Shown: in pieces, positions 24,601 to 37,409 of the stretch | Numbering within the stretch: the first letter of the stretch is position 1 | Layout: each line of letters opens with the position of its first letter | Assembly (NCBI GenBank): GCA_036172245.1 | Contig: JAYWIR010000070.1 | Span: 124,001 to 188,000, forward strand | DNA from: Raillietiella orientalis | Taxonomy: Eukaryota | Direction of reading: 5' to 3' | DNA length: 64,000 nucleotides | Made by a program: the position numbers and the translations under genes | The notes under the pieces: model-generated | Told to the model about the DNA's origin: nothing | Databases searched by the model: none | What the model saw: only the letters and a program-made list of their open reading frames with translations

Positions 24601-27600
24601 ACAACATAGTTGCTCAGGCTGTCACTTGCCAGATCCCTCTCCTCACTGGCACAGGGAACACGTGACAGCCCGTGCCGACAATCATGTCGGTCCCGGAGGC
24701 ATCGCTTGAGACGTTCCTCGAGTTGATCCGTCGCGGCGCTGGCATGAACAGTTCTGTTCCGTTGGTGCGGCGTGGCCTAGACTGAATCCGCTTGGGGATC
24801 TCCATAGTTCGGTATTCAAGTCCCTCGATGTGCTGTTGGGCGATTTCTCCCCGTCGGAGGCGTGGCTCAGCTGTCTTTAGAAGGCAAAGTCGTCTCTCGT
24901 CTAGTTCCAGGAATGCAAGTTTCTCTTTCCGGAAAGGACCACGATCTGGATTACTCTTGGGATGTATCCTCCACCTCCTGCCTTCCATTTGGTCCCAGCC
25001 CAGTAGTATCAAGAAGAGAACAGAGGACCTTCTGCGGAAAGACTTTTGGGGAGACTCGGAGGTCTTGGGTTTCTTTGGAGGGCTTGGACTACGAAACGGC
25101 CCCATCAGAGCAAGGAGAAACTTGCCGGCATCTTGCAAAGGGTACAGAACACTCCAGGGAGTTCTTGATGGTCATTTCCCTTGCCTCCAATACAATTATC
25201 TACGATTTTTCTTTGTCATTCATTTAATTTTTGTGTTGGGTCCTTCTTATTTTTTTCTGCGCAGAATTCCGGCGCAAGCAACTCTTGAGCATCACAGCCG
25301 CCAGGTTCATTTCGAAGTAGAGAGATGTCAATCCCACAGTAAAACACAGAATTTGTTTCACTTTTTCCATAGTAAATAATCGAACAAGGTCACGAGGAAC
25401 ACCCGGCCTGACCTGGTGTGGAAACACATGACTCCCGCTGAGAACAGCCACGGTCGTGCTGCGATAAAGCGAGCTCAGGTAAGACAAGGGTTTGCAGGAG
25501 GTCTAAGCGTTCCTGGTGCTCCAGATGGAGCTCCTGGTTTTCGGATCTTTTCGGGATCAACTTCTATCATCAAGATCACCGGCGTTTTCTTGGCTTTTTT
25601 GATCTGTTGGCTTGGTGTCTTATGGTTTTGCAGCACTCAGTCGCTACGACGATGCCATTGGACCGGGAGGAGTATGTATCCCCGAACTGAGCCAGCTGCG
25701 GGAAGATTCGAGTCTTTTCCTCAGCAGAGTTTTCCTCAGTCCTTTCCAGTGGGCAGCTCATTTGGGAACGTTTCGAGACAGCTCTTCGGTTCCCAGTGAG
25801 CACACCCAGAGACGTGATCGGGCGCTTCTTCGTGTTCGTGTGGGACGCGTTGTGGCCAGCCGCATCGAAAGCAGCTGCTTGCGGTCTTCGCGAGAGAGAA
25901 GAGTCCTGGGGATCTGACCTCGCGGAGAGGTAAGGTCGGAACGACAGGGGGGCTCCATCTGCTTCGCGAGGGATAGCGACGAGATGGCTTCACCAGGAGG
26001 CAATAAAGAGGCATTTTCAGGCATCCTTCGGAAGGTGCAGAGGACGCAACTGAACGGACTGAGACTGCTTCCCGCACCCTTTATTCGTGAAAAAAAAAAT
26101 GCACTTTTATTTTTCTCTTCTTTATCCTTGTCACTGTTTCGGAGACGGACCTTGCCGGTCAACGTTCCGGCCCCTGGGCATTTTTCCCCTGGACATTTGG
26201 ACATCGTGCGCAGTGCAGTCCCACTGCCACGACTACTTGAATGCTTACTTAAATGCTACTTGAATGCTCGGTAGCCTCTCTATGGCGCAACTGAGTGGCA
26301 GCAAAAAGACAGCTTGTCCGAAACCAGCTGCTAAGAGATCCAGAGGGCGCCGTTCACAAAGCTACCTCGAGTTTGAATCTTCAGCGTTTCCTGGTCTCCG
26401 GATCAGATAATTCCGCCGTCTCGGGGAGCCTCGACCACTCTCCCGACATCCTCCACGCACTGACAAGAGGTCCCATGCCTGCAGGCAGCAACTCGAACTC
26501 GAGTATGGGATGGCTGGACGGAACCGACGCCACTCTCCCTATACTGCTCCGCCCAAGAGAACAGTTGTTCGTCGAAAAAGACTCCTATCGCCTCCTCCTG
26601 CACCCCAGGTCCGCCGGTCAACAAGTTGCATGCATGCACGGATGTACACGGCTCGTTGATCTGCATGCGACGTAAATGAACCTCTTCGTTTGCTGGACAG
26701 CTTCCAGACTTTCGATTCTTCGGATGTTGGGTGAACGACGCTGGGGCTTCTGGAGGTTCAACCACTGGCGTTCGAGGTCGCTGAAGAATCTGCCGTTCGG
26801 CGTGCGAATGTTTGCGATTGACGAGGAGGTCCGAGTGGGATCTGGAGCACCTCAGCAGTAGATGCCTCCCGGCGGGAGCACCGCATAGGAAACAGCTTCT
26901 GCAGGATCGAACTCGTTCTCATTCCGGAGTTTCCCACGACCTTCCACGGGGATGGAATACATCGAACGCGAGGCGCCGGCTTTGGAGTTGCAGTACCGCG
27001 CCAAATGTGTGCTGTGGTTTTCCTGCCAAAGGGAGGAGGCATTGCCGGAGAGGTGAGTAGCGTTCTCTTCAACGAAGATCGAGTTCGTTGACTGGTACTC
27101 AATTGGTGCAACCCTGATCGACCTCGTTGGAAGCGAGCGTCCACGCACTCGGGAAAGCATAACGGAGAGGGTTGACCGGACGCAGTTCATCGGCCTGGTT
27201 GGAAGTGCCAGAGGCTCACCGTACCTCAGTGCCCAGCCGCGCATCTGGTAGCGGGAGATTTTTGAAATCCCCCCCTCCCGCTAGATTTGCCAGCAGTTGC
27301 CAGACGAGAGCCGGATCCAGGGTCATCTTTAGCAGGTCAGAGAGTTGTGCGCATGCGTGCAAGCGACGAACCTTGAATGAGGGGACTTCCTCGACCGCAC
27401 TTCCTTGGGCAACTACCTCACGTGTGGGAGGAAAGAAGGAAAAGAGTGCGATCGGCTCCGTCAGACCTCTCGAGTATCGGGAATGAGCTGCTTCCTTCTA
27501 AAGGGGGCCCTCTATCGGACTTCTGGCAGCTACTAAGAGATTGACTGAGGAACCTGGAAACAGCAGAGAGGCTGCGCAGGTTTCTCCACGGTCTTTTCGT

Positions 27601-30600
27601 TGAGGAGTACGGAGATTGGAACCACCTGAATACCTCGATCTGATAGTTAGGTCTTCGGTATCGGACCTGCAGACTTCGGGTGGGGTATCGGAAGAGAGAA
27701 GCACTCCAGACTTTACACACCATGCTTTACACTCCAGACTTCATTTAAGCATAAACAGGAAAAATAAAAAAGGAAGCCATTCCTTTGTAGTGGATATTTA
27801 AATCCCACTGCATCGTTCGGAGTCCAGGAGGCGTCTCTGCTCTCAATCAGACTGCCTAGTGAGGTCCTCACATGGATGAATGAGGAGGGAGCTACTGGAA
27901 GATTACTGGAAGAAATGGATTGTTTTCGTACCGTGAGGGGGGCAGGGCGAAGGATCACAGCAGCTTTTCTGCCATCCTCTCAAAAATGCTGGAGAGTTCC
28001 TCCTGGCACAGGAGGCACATCAGGCGCGACCATCATTCTGCCATCGTCACCCTGAGGAAAGAAGATGTGACGAGCCATGGCATCCCTGTTGAATGGAGTT
28101 TCGTTCTAGGACCTCGTGGAAGGGGTGAAAGCCCTTCTGCTGCAGAAAGGTGCTTTCATCATGTGGTGGATTCATTACAGACAGGTAATGCAGCACTTAT
28201 CTATCTGTAATGAATCCACCGCACTTCTAGTTTTAAATAAATGCTCTCCCTTGCTATAAGCATTACCACTACCACTTCCATTTATTAAACAAGAATACCA
28301 GCTAATGTCTTCCTCATTTCCAGGAAAACTCCAGAATGATACGGAGTTATAGCTGCTCAAAAACAGGAAAAAAGAACCGTTCCACGAATCCAAAAGGAAT
28401 AGGCTTGGCCACTTGTTTAGCATCTAATTCCACCAATGGTATCACAACATTACCTACAAGAATTTCATGAAACCACGCCAATTGTCACAACTGGCTCACT
28501 AACCCAGGAACATAAAGATTCGTCTTCAAAACTTTCAGAGTCTTCAAAGCGAAAGCAATCAGACTTTTCCCATTCCAATGGATGACTGTTCTGGAGCATA
28601 GAGAAGCTGCCCATGGAAAAACTCATGAGACTCAAGACAGCAATGGACAGTCTCATCAGACAAGCCCAATACCACCTAGTTGTCGCTGTTTTTGTTTTCT
28701 GTTTTTTTCAGAACATTCAAAGAGAAAATATAATACGAAAATAAAAAAAATGCAGAAATAAGAGCCAGAATGAAACAAGCATAATCGACGTGTGCATTCT
28801 TCAGTTGAGATTGGTTGTTTATCCGAATCCTTCAACCTTTGAAAGAGACGACTCAAGGATTAAAATGGTTTTTCGTTGCTTTCATTTCCGGTTTTTTTCT
28901 GCTCATCTCCGGGAAAATGCTGAAGATTATGTAAGCATCTAGGCTTCCAAATCTACGAATTTCCATCCATCCTGTTTATGTGGCACCATCATACTCAGAG
29001 GAGGAGCCCTACTCTGTTCAGGATTCTTGCGCCCTCTTCAGTCTCAGAGAGCATCACATCTGTCGGGGGGATGGGATCCTGCTCGCCATCCTCCCATTTC
29101 CAGAGTGGGTTTATTTTAACCGTGAATTCAGACATATTAATAGGACTCTATTTCACAGAATTTGGGATCAGAACATGTCATTGGGTCGCAGTACACGAGG
29201 GAAACTACCCTTCTCTTCCGAAAATTCGGATGGAGCATCTTTTCTTTTTTCTTTTCACGCTAGCTGACTTCAGTTGACTTGACTTCAGAGAAACCGACAA
29301 GAACAAGTGTCAGGACTCGAGAGGGCTTACAAATTGATGTTCAGGGACCTCAACTGGAAAGTACAGTATGTGTCATTGTATCACACACCGTGAACATCTT
29401 TGTCCTCCGTGCTTAGCCAGCAGCTCAGTAACATCTGTACTCGCTACATGTGTAAATGTCAGGAGCAATTTGGCCTTAATTGTCATCAGCACCAGCAGAT
29501 TTTGTCCACTTTGGAGGTCGGATGTGGGCACCTTCCGTATTACCTTCATGTCGGATGGAACCGTAAAGATAAAATGTCAAAGCGTTTTCTGGGAACTCAG
29601 AGAAAACGTTAAATTGTTCATGAATACGAAAGGTAATGTTGCCCTTGGAATGTAAAGAATTATTAATTTTGTGATCTAGCATATTTCGTGTATTTCCCTG
29701 GTGGTTTAACCGAACTGGACATCGAGCTCTAGGGTCCACGCAGCCAATCAATTGAGCCCACTTTAAGATCATTGATTCGCAAGAAAACTTGAATTCTGGG
29801 CACTTAAAAACTACTTAAGGCTCATTTCTCTACATCACAAGCAATGGAATCCAGTTTACAATAGGGAAGAACGTCAAAAACTAGAATCTTAGAACTTTCC
29901 AGCTTAGGAAAGAATTTCACCACAGGTTCGGAGTATATGATGAAATAAAGATGGAACGGTGGTTCCTTTCGCGATGCAATCGCAGATGACTCTGAACTTT
30001 CAGCTCGAATCAGTTATTTTACAAGTTTTACAGGACGACTCTATTTGACTAAAAAAAGAGTTCACTTTTACTGACTCAGTTTGCTAAAATGTAATATTTT
30101 TAATCTAAAGAAATTGAGACAAAAAAAATAGCAACGCCATGTTTAAAAACTCGAAGATCTGATTCAATAAAAAAATGTGATTATCAGGATTTTGTTTGAA
30201 GTTCCAAACTCTTTACTTTCTTTCTATAATTCTCCAATTGATGTTTGATTGATATAATTGTTCTTTAACAGGGAAAAATCATTTGTTGGTCTCTTCTATT
30301 CATTCTCTTTTGACCCATTTAGAACTGATGAGTCGAGAGTAACTCGAGATACGTCACCTAACAGTTATATCGGCCAACATAGGTGGCTCTTAAATAACTT
30401 AAAAAAAGAAATTAAACAAAAAGCTGCATATTCCAAATTTTAGACCTAAGGAATCGACATTTCTTGTGTGAGAAATTGTGTCAGCAATATGTTTCCTAAA
30501 CGGACTGCCATGAGTTGCATATTTCTGGGGCGGATATGTGTCCCGTTGAGGCAAGTTTCCCTATGGTTTGTGTATTAATGTCCGGGCGAGGCACTGATCA

Positions 30601-32610
30601 CAGAATGGCGGCTGCCTCACTTCGCAGTATGCAGTTGCTACGCCCAGAACGGAGTTGTGCTGAAGGATGACATCGTACGTTTAGACAAGGCTTTCGTCAG
30701 CCTCTAGTGATTTCGCAATCGCAAAGTGATGTTGCATTTTGTAAACTCACTCGAGGCTTAATATTATATTCCACTTTAGGGTCAGCACTTTACCTTTATC
30801 GGTTGAGAGGGACCCGTCTGACCTGCCAGCTGTTGTAACAGTTGATGAGGCTAATTGTTCTTCGATTGCATGGTTCTTACACCGAAAGCGTTGTCTTTCG
30901 TTTATACTAAACAGAATAAGTGATACTTCCATTTTGTCTCGTATCTTCGAAATCAGCAATCACCGAATTGCAAGACATGCTGAAAATCCCGATGCAAAGT
31001 TTCTACTGAAGTAACAGGGTAGCTACCGAAAACACTCGTTTGTGTTTTGGAGTCTCTTGAAATGACTTGCTAGCATATTTACCGACATCTCCAGTGTTCC
31101 TGTTAGAAATTAGTAATCAAATATGAATGCTATATCAGTTGAATTTGAAATTCACAAAGGAAATGGCAGCAATCCACGAGATATATGATGTGGATACTCC
31201 TAACGTTAGAACAGAGTCAGTTCAGTTCAATGTATCATTGTCCTGATATGGATGGTTGAGCATGGAAAATTGTAGTGGTCTTATACATTAACGAGATCAT
31301 AGGAGTTATATATTACGAAGGTAAATTTTCTTGAAGCCTTGAAGGGAAAACGTAGCAAGGAAGGCCTCGATCTCGAAAGAGATAAGTTGGGCTACGCATA
31401 CTCTCTATGCACTCAAATCAGTTTCTTCAATTCCAAGTTTCAATAGAACCAAGCATGGATCTTTCCCTGTGTAAGCACTGTAGTGCTCCCTTTTGTGAAC
31501 ACATCCGAACAGACTCTCCAGTACGTGTGTCGTATTAATTGCCGGGTGCTGTTGATATACATAGTAAATAGCCTCATTCCTCTTGGGAAACAGGAAAACA
31601 GTATAGTGTGAAAGTGATTGTGATTTCTAGATAATAGAATTCTTCATGTTTTCCTGTTAACAAGCTGAAACTTAGAAACATACTCTGTAGCAAAAAGCAC
31701 TGAGTGAGCACCAAGTGCTATTTAAACTCCGGATATAAACTACTTTCAAATTTAGCAGTTTTCAGGCGGAGTAAACTTAATGTCTTATTTCTAATTCGTT
31801 CTTGGAAACAGTTAATGTGCACATACGGTTTCTTTATATTCTTTCGAAACACGACTTCGAAACACGACTTCTTATTTGGGTTCTTTGTACAATGTATCCA
31901 CCAAGGAAACACTCATACATTCACGTTCCTTAGTTGAAATTGATTTCCTTTTAAGTTCATGCCAAATCCTTCTAAAATCAGGAAATATCATTTGCTAAAA
32001 TTCTGTATGAAAACATAGAGCAATGCAATGGTTAATAATATTTCTGCTATTAGGTTCCATAATTACTTATAAAAGGCTACTTATTATTCAGTTAACCTGT
32101 TAATTACTTACCTAATTTGGTATTTCAAACTATCTATGCCGTTATTCTATGCGAATAATTAACAAGATGAAGCAAATGCCCGATCATTCTCTGTGGTTAT
32201 TTGTTTTGGTGAATAACACTTGGTAAAATTCAAAAAGTCCTCATGTCTTCCCATGTGTAAACCGATCAGTTCTCTGACGTTGGAAGTTACGTGTGATCGA
32301 AGATGTCGTTCTTGATGGTATTTTTATGGGGCAAAGTATTGTAATTTCCAGTGGAATCCCAATGTTACACAGACATTGGGTACGACATAATCGACTGCCC
32401 TATTATCATTGGTACATCGTTTACATAAGAACGAGGGACTCAAGCTCCGAATTCAAGCTAGAAAGCTAGAACATGTTCAGTATCAAATAAAGCTTAACGT
32501 GATGGTGCAGGAAACTTATCTTAGTTCGAGAATAAGCTATTTCTAAATCTTTGCATTTAGGTAATTTCACTTGTTCTGATGTACCGAAGATTGGCATGCG
32601 TTTTTGTTAG

Positions 32611-34109
32611 TTTACCGCTTAACCAAAGAATATGTGTAAAGGTACGTGTGTACCTTCTGGGATGAAAAAATAATGCATGCTAATGTTCATTAGGGATGGG
32701 TTCAATCTGTGCGGAAACACAAGAAGCATGTTTTTATTGATATTAGCGATGGAACCTGCAGCAATTCCTTGCAATTAGTACTTCAGGCAGCCAATTTTAA
32801 ACCCGAAATACATTTCAATTGCAGTGTGGAGGCAATTGGTGTATTGGTAGCAGCTAAAGCCCAACCAGAATTACAGTGTCAGGAGATAAGAGTTATACAG
32901 CCTTGTCACCCCAGTGATGGCTATCCATTCCAACCTGTTACCCATGATCTTCAGTACTTACGTCAGTTTCCTCATTTGCGTTCACGTGTTAGCCCTTTCA
33001 ATGAGATTCTTCGTGTTCGACATGCAGTGTTCCACGCTTTACATGCCTATTTTTTAAAACAAGGTTTTATTCACATAGATACACCAGTTCTTACTGGCAA
33101 TGATTGTGAAGGAAGTGGAAAAGTATTTGCAGTCCAGGTATTTGAATTTTCTGTAAAGCACCTATTACTATATATTTTGTTGCTAGAATGTAACAAATGA
33201 TTCAGAAAGTTCTGGTTTGTTCTTTTCTAGTCCTGTATATTTAACAGTGTCTGGTCAGTTGCATTTGGAGTCTTCCATCAAGTAAGTATTTTATATCGTG
33301 GTTACTTTTACTGGTGGAATTATTAGTGGATTTTCTCAAGTGTATCATATTGGTCCAGTATTCAGAGGTGAAACTGGCTTATCCACTTTGCATTTAGCTG
33401 AGTTTCATATGGTGGAAGCAGAGATAGCATTTTTAGATCAGTTAACAATGTTAATACAGGCTATGGATTCAGTATTTAGGGAGGTGATTCAGAGAGTAAT
33501 GGACACTGATGAAATGAACTTACAATGTATTTGGAAGTATGCTTCTGCAAAACACAAAGTAAGTATCCTACTTGAAGTGTGTCATGTATTCATTCATTTG
33601 TTAAGGAACTAATTAATAGCATTTTAAAGCACTCTTCAGTAATTATGAGTTATGAGGAAGCCATTGCAGTATTGCAAAAGCATAATGACAAGCTGAATAG
33701 TTCAATCTGTTTGGGAGAATCTCTGAGAAGAGAACATGAGTTTTTCTTAGTAGAGTATTCTGGAAATAGACCTGTATTTATTGTAGAGTGGCCACAACAT
33801 TTGAAACCTTTCTACACAAAAGTATCAAGTGATTCACACGCACAAGCAGTTGATTTGCTAGTTGCTAATGTTGGAGAATTAATAGGTGGAACACTCAGAG
33901 AAGATGACCCCAAAGTGCTCTTTTCCAACCTTGAAAGTTTGGGATCACAAGATTCATTAGAATGGTACTATAAGCAACGTGTTTTTGGTGGTGTACCAAC
34001 AGGAGGCTTTGGAATGGGATTAGAACGTTTTCTTTTATTTTTTTTGGGTCTTAAAAATATTCGTGATGTGATACCATTCCCAAGGTGGCCTCATCATTGT
34101 AAGGCGTAG
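32611..34109 (+). CDS. NARS2: Asparaginyl-tRNA synthetase, mitochondrial/bacterial type (5' exon and start not resolved)
   Basis: Spliced translation contains GWVQSVRKHKKHVFIDISDG (OB fold), YLRQFPHLRSR, TPVLTGNDCEG, YLTVSGQLHLE, GPVFRGE...HLAEFHMVEAE (motif 2), GELIGGTLRED and GGFGMGLERF...NIRDVIPFPRW (motif 3); stop at 34107-34109. Confidence 0.92.
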
Positions 34110-35397
34110 TCCTTGTGACCCGAATGATGCACTAGCTGGCAATTTTACATAGATTCAAAGAAAGGATTGCACTAATAAAAATTGTCCTTAAGAGGCAAGG
34201 CTCAATAAGAGATGCGATGATAGAATTACATATTTAATGTATAAATGAATTTTTATAATTTGGATTAAAATTGGATCTAAATGACTGTTATATTTAGTTT
34301 TAAGTATACCTATGCTCAATGCCGATTATCAGGAAACTAAGATGCTTGGAAGTCTGCATGCTAATGCAAATCAAACGAACCTCATAAATGGATTTTCTTT
34401 CAATTTCAATAAGTGTACAGATCATAAGTAAAGTTCACTGTCCGTAAAAAATCATGGATCAGGAAAGAAATTTTTCAGAAAAACAGAGGTACATGGAAAT
34501 CTTGGAGTTAGGAAGAATGAAGCTATGAATAATTTTTGCATTTTGGAGGATCGTCCATGATAATGTTTTCTTCCGTGGAGGGAAATTTTCGTTGTTGTGC
34601 AGTTGGAACAATTCATTCTTTAACTCCTTAAGAACCGACTAAATATCATCGGTTATATGCATATGCTTTTCAAGTTCTCCACTAAAGACAGTTAACAGTT
34701 AAACAAAAAAGGATGCGATTTAAGCATTTTCATAGTTTAAGGAATTAGATAATGTTATGTTGCAATCACTTCTGTTTTCATTGAGAATGTCAATTCTTTT
34801 GAAAGTTTTCATCCCCTATTTGAAACAGCTGTATGTCCAATTCTTATATGCATGCATGTTCTGTTTGCATACTGCTTTTTGTTCCATTTCTTGAAAACAT
34901 GGTATCATAACTGGTGTATCGTTTGTTATAATTAATAGGTAATTGCATTATATTTAAGTTAGGGGCAGATGCTCTCATTCAACGATGAACATATGAAAAT
35001 ATGAAACTCACTGCTTGTTCAGACAGTTTATTACGTGAGATAATAGTAAATGAACTTTGTGAAAAGTTTTTCTTCACTTCAATGCTTTCGACACACTTTC
35101 AATTCTTCGAGAAACTTCATTTAAAATTACATGTTTGTCCATAAAAAGCAGGAATTTCCCAAGATTTTTTCCAATTTTTTTCCATTCCATTTTTCGTTCA
35201 CTTTAAAGAAAGAAAGGTTTAAAAATGAGTCAGCATCATCATTAGTATCCATAGCATTCAAGATTTAATTTCCTAAATAATCAAAAATCCAAGAAATTGC
35301 TGAGTTTCCTTCTGGAAATATCAGGTCGAAAAATTTAATACTTTTAAGCTATAAATTACCTCAACTCGGATTCGCAGTTACCTATTGTGTGATGTTG

Positions 35398-35415
35398 AAA
35401 TTGAATTTCGAGAAA
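35398..35415 (+). repeat. Left 18-bp target-site duplication AAATTGAATTTCGAGAAA
   Basis: Identical copy at 41063-41080. Confidence 0.92.
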
Positions 35416-35446
35416 GGACCGCAGCCTTTAAGGACTTAGTCAAAAA

Positions 35447-35586
35447 GGAGAAGGGCACGGGCAGTATCATAGGCGAGGAAGGCGACTGAGCCGTGATTAT
35501 TGCTAGTTGAAAACTTTTCCCAATACCCCGCCAAGGCAGTGAGTAACATCACTGCCGCGGCAATTTTTGCGTGCCCCGAGAGGGCA
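35447..35586 (+). ncRNA. U4 snRNA-like sequence (divergent) forming the retrotransposon 5' UTR
   Basis: GGCAGTATC...GATTATTGCTAGTTGAAAACTTTTCCCAATACCCCGCC matches the conserved metazoan U4 core almost exactly. Sm site AATTTTTG at 35562-35569 and 3' hairpin TGCCC-CGAGA-GGGCA at 35572-35586, similar to insect U4 3' ends. Confidence 0.9.
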
Positions 35587-35722
35587 AGTGCTGAGTGAAA
35601 AGACAGTGAGTGCGCAACCAAGGACGTCCCACAGCGACTGCAGCAGCAGAAGCAGCGAAAGGGAGTCCAAGGTGGAGGACTCGCGACCCTCCCTGGCGGC
35701 GGTGCAGCAGCACCCCGTCAAA

Positions 35723-37394
35723 ATGCAAGAGCAGCGGTGGATGGGAGCCACGGAGAAGCCACAGCCCATGGAGGTAGGGCAATCGTGTGTTTCTTCCGGC
35801 GCGACTCCGATGGAAGCGGTGGAGACGACGATGGCGGTGGCGGCGACCCCGGAGACGGCGGTCGCCGGAGCGATGGGAGGGCCCGTAGGCCCCACCGTTG
35901 CTAGTGACGCGACGCCATCTTGCGCGGTGGCTGCGACCGTGGGGCGGCCACCGGCAGCGGCGGCAGCTTTTTCCTATGCGGCGGTGGCGGCTGGGACGGC
36001 GACCACCCAGCCGCAGAGGAAATTCGGGAAGCCAGAGTCTGGGCCGATACGAGACATCGACGAGCCCATAATTAAACTAGGACCGAACGTGACGACGGTC
36101 ACGTTCAAGACTGGACTTATAAAAATGAACAACATCAAAGAGGTATACCTGGCTCTCTACAAACAGCAAGTGGACTTTGACCGCCTGCAGGCGATCGTCC
36201 CGAACACCTTGGGATTCACAGTGTACACCGACTGTGAAGAAATAAGGGAATCCCTAATTGAAAAAGGGATCAACATCCAGGGCAGGATAATGTGTGGCGT
36301 CGGCGAAATGCCGTACACCACCCTATTCCTGAGCGGACTCGGGCCGTTCGTCACCCAAAGGGCTGTGTAGAGGAAACTCGCAGTACGGCGAGGTACTGGA
36401 CAGCAACTTCCACAATATATCGGGAAAGATCTTTTCGGGGGAGGCGACGGTGAAGATGAAGTTGAAGGAGGAAGCCCATGTTCCTGGGATGATCTACTTC
36501 GACGGGGACGACATGGGAGTCTCCGTTCCATATAGGGCGCAGCCAGTTTTCTGCAACGGCTGCAAAACCTTTGGACACCGGCAGCGAGTCTGCCCGAGGG
36601 CCAAGTGCTTCCGCTGTGGGAAGCAGGGCCACCAGGTGCGGGACTGCAGCATGCCAGAGGTGTGTTCGTTCTGCAAGTCTCCGGGACACGCAAAGTGGTG
36701 CTGCCCGGAGTTTGCAAACTACAGAACGATGCGGGATCAATCCCCAGTTAGGACACGGGTGTTGGAGGAGGTAATCAAACCTCAAAGGGCGATGAAGCAG
36801 AGGAAGGCGAAGGAGGCAGCCCCAGTTTCGGCGGACGGCTTCACCACGGTGGGGAAGGGCGGCAAGAGGAGGATGCTCGTGAAGGAGCAAGAATCCTCTG
36901 CTGCGCAGGTCGAGGAGCAGGTTGGCGAGAAGGCCGAAGTAGAGCAGGTTGGCGAGAAGCAGGGTGTGCCGGGAGGCGAGGTGATGGAAATCACCGAAAC
37001 CGTTCTGACATCGCAGGAGGCGGTGCAGCTCACCGAGGAGGTGGTGAAGCTTCCGGAAGAAGTGCAGGGGGAGAAAAGTGAGGTGCAGCAGGAGCAACTC
37101 CTGACTCGCATCAATGAAACCCAACAGGGAATCAACACCCTGGTGATCCAAGAAGAGCGCGAAAAGCTAGAGAACCAGCTTTTCGAAGTGAAAGCGGCGT
37201 ACTGCGCGAAGGTCTCCCTTGAGACACTTCCGCGCAAGGCGATCGCCAGGGCAGAACGCACAATGGAGACAGACCGGGAGTCCACAGACCACACCGGCAT
37301 GGAGAGCGATGCCGGGAGTGAGAAGCCAGCTTCCTCGACGGTGAGACGCGAAAGGTCTCCCCGTCAGAAGAAGCTGAGGAAAGCGAAGCATTAG
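35723..37394 (+). pseudogene. LINE ORF1, gag-like zinc-knuckle nucleic-acid-binding protein (stop/frameshift at ~36368-36381)
   Basis: FSYAAVAAG motif; CNGCKTFGHRQRVC, CFRCGKQGHQVRDC and CSFCKSPGHAKWCC knuckles. The reading continues as QYGEVLDSNFHNISGKIFSGEATVKM after a frame change. First ATG at 35723. Confidence 0.88.
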
Positions 37395-37409
37395 ACTTCG
37401 AACCCTTTC

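Noticed and set aside
26850..27250. Integrase-like relic (WALRYGEP...) on the minus strand
   Set aside because: No recognisable DDE residues or second convincing motif.
35350..35397. snRNA PSE-like promoter upstream, implying a genuine U4 gene with a LINE behind it
   Set aside because: Only vague similarity (AATTACCTCAACT). The perfect TSD lies between this motif and the U4-like sequence, placing U4 inside the insertion.
35416..35460. Self-cleaving ribozyme (twister or HDV-like) at the LINE 5' end
   Set aside because: There is a UAA and a purine-rich GAAGGG end, but the twister core and pseudoknot nucleotides are missing and no HDV nested pseudoknot could be drawn.
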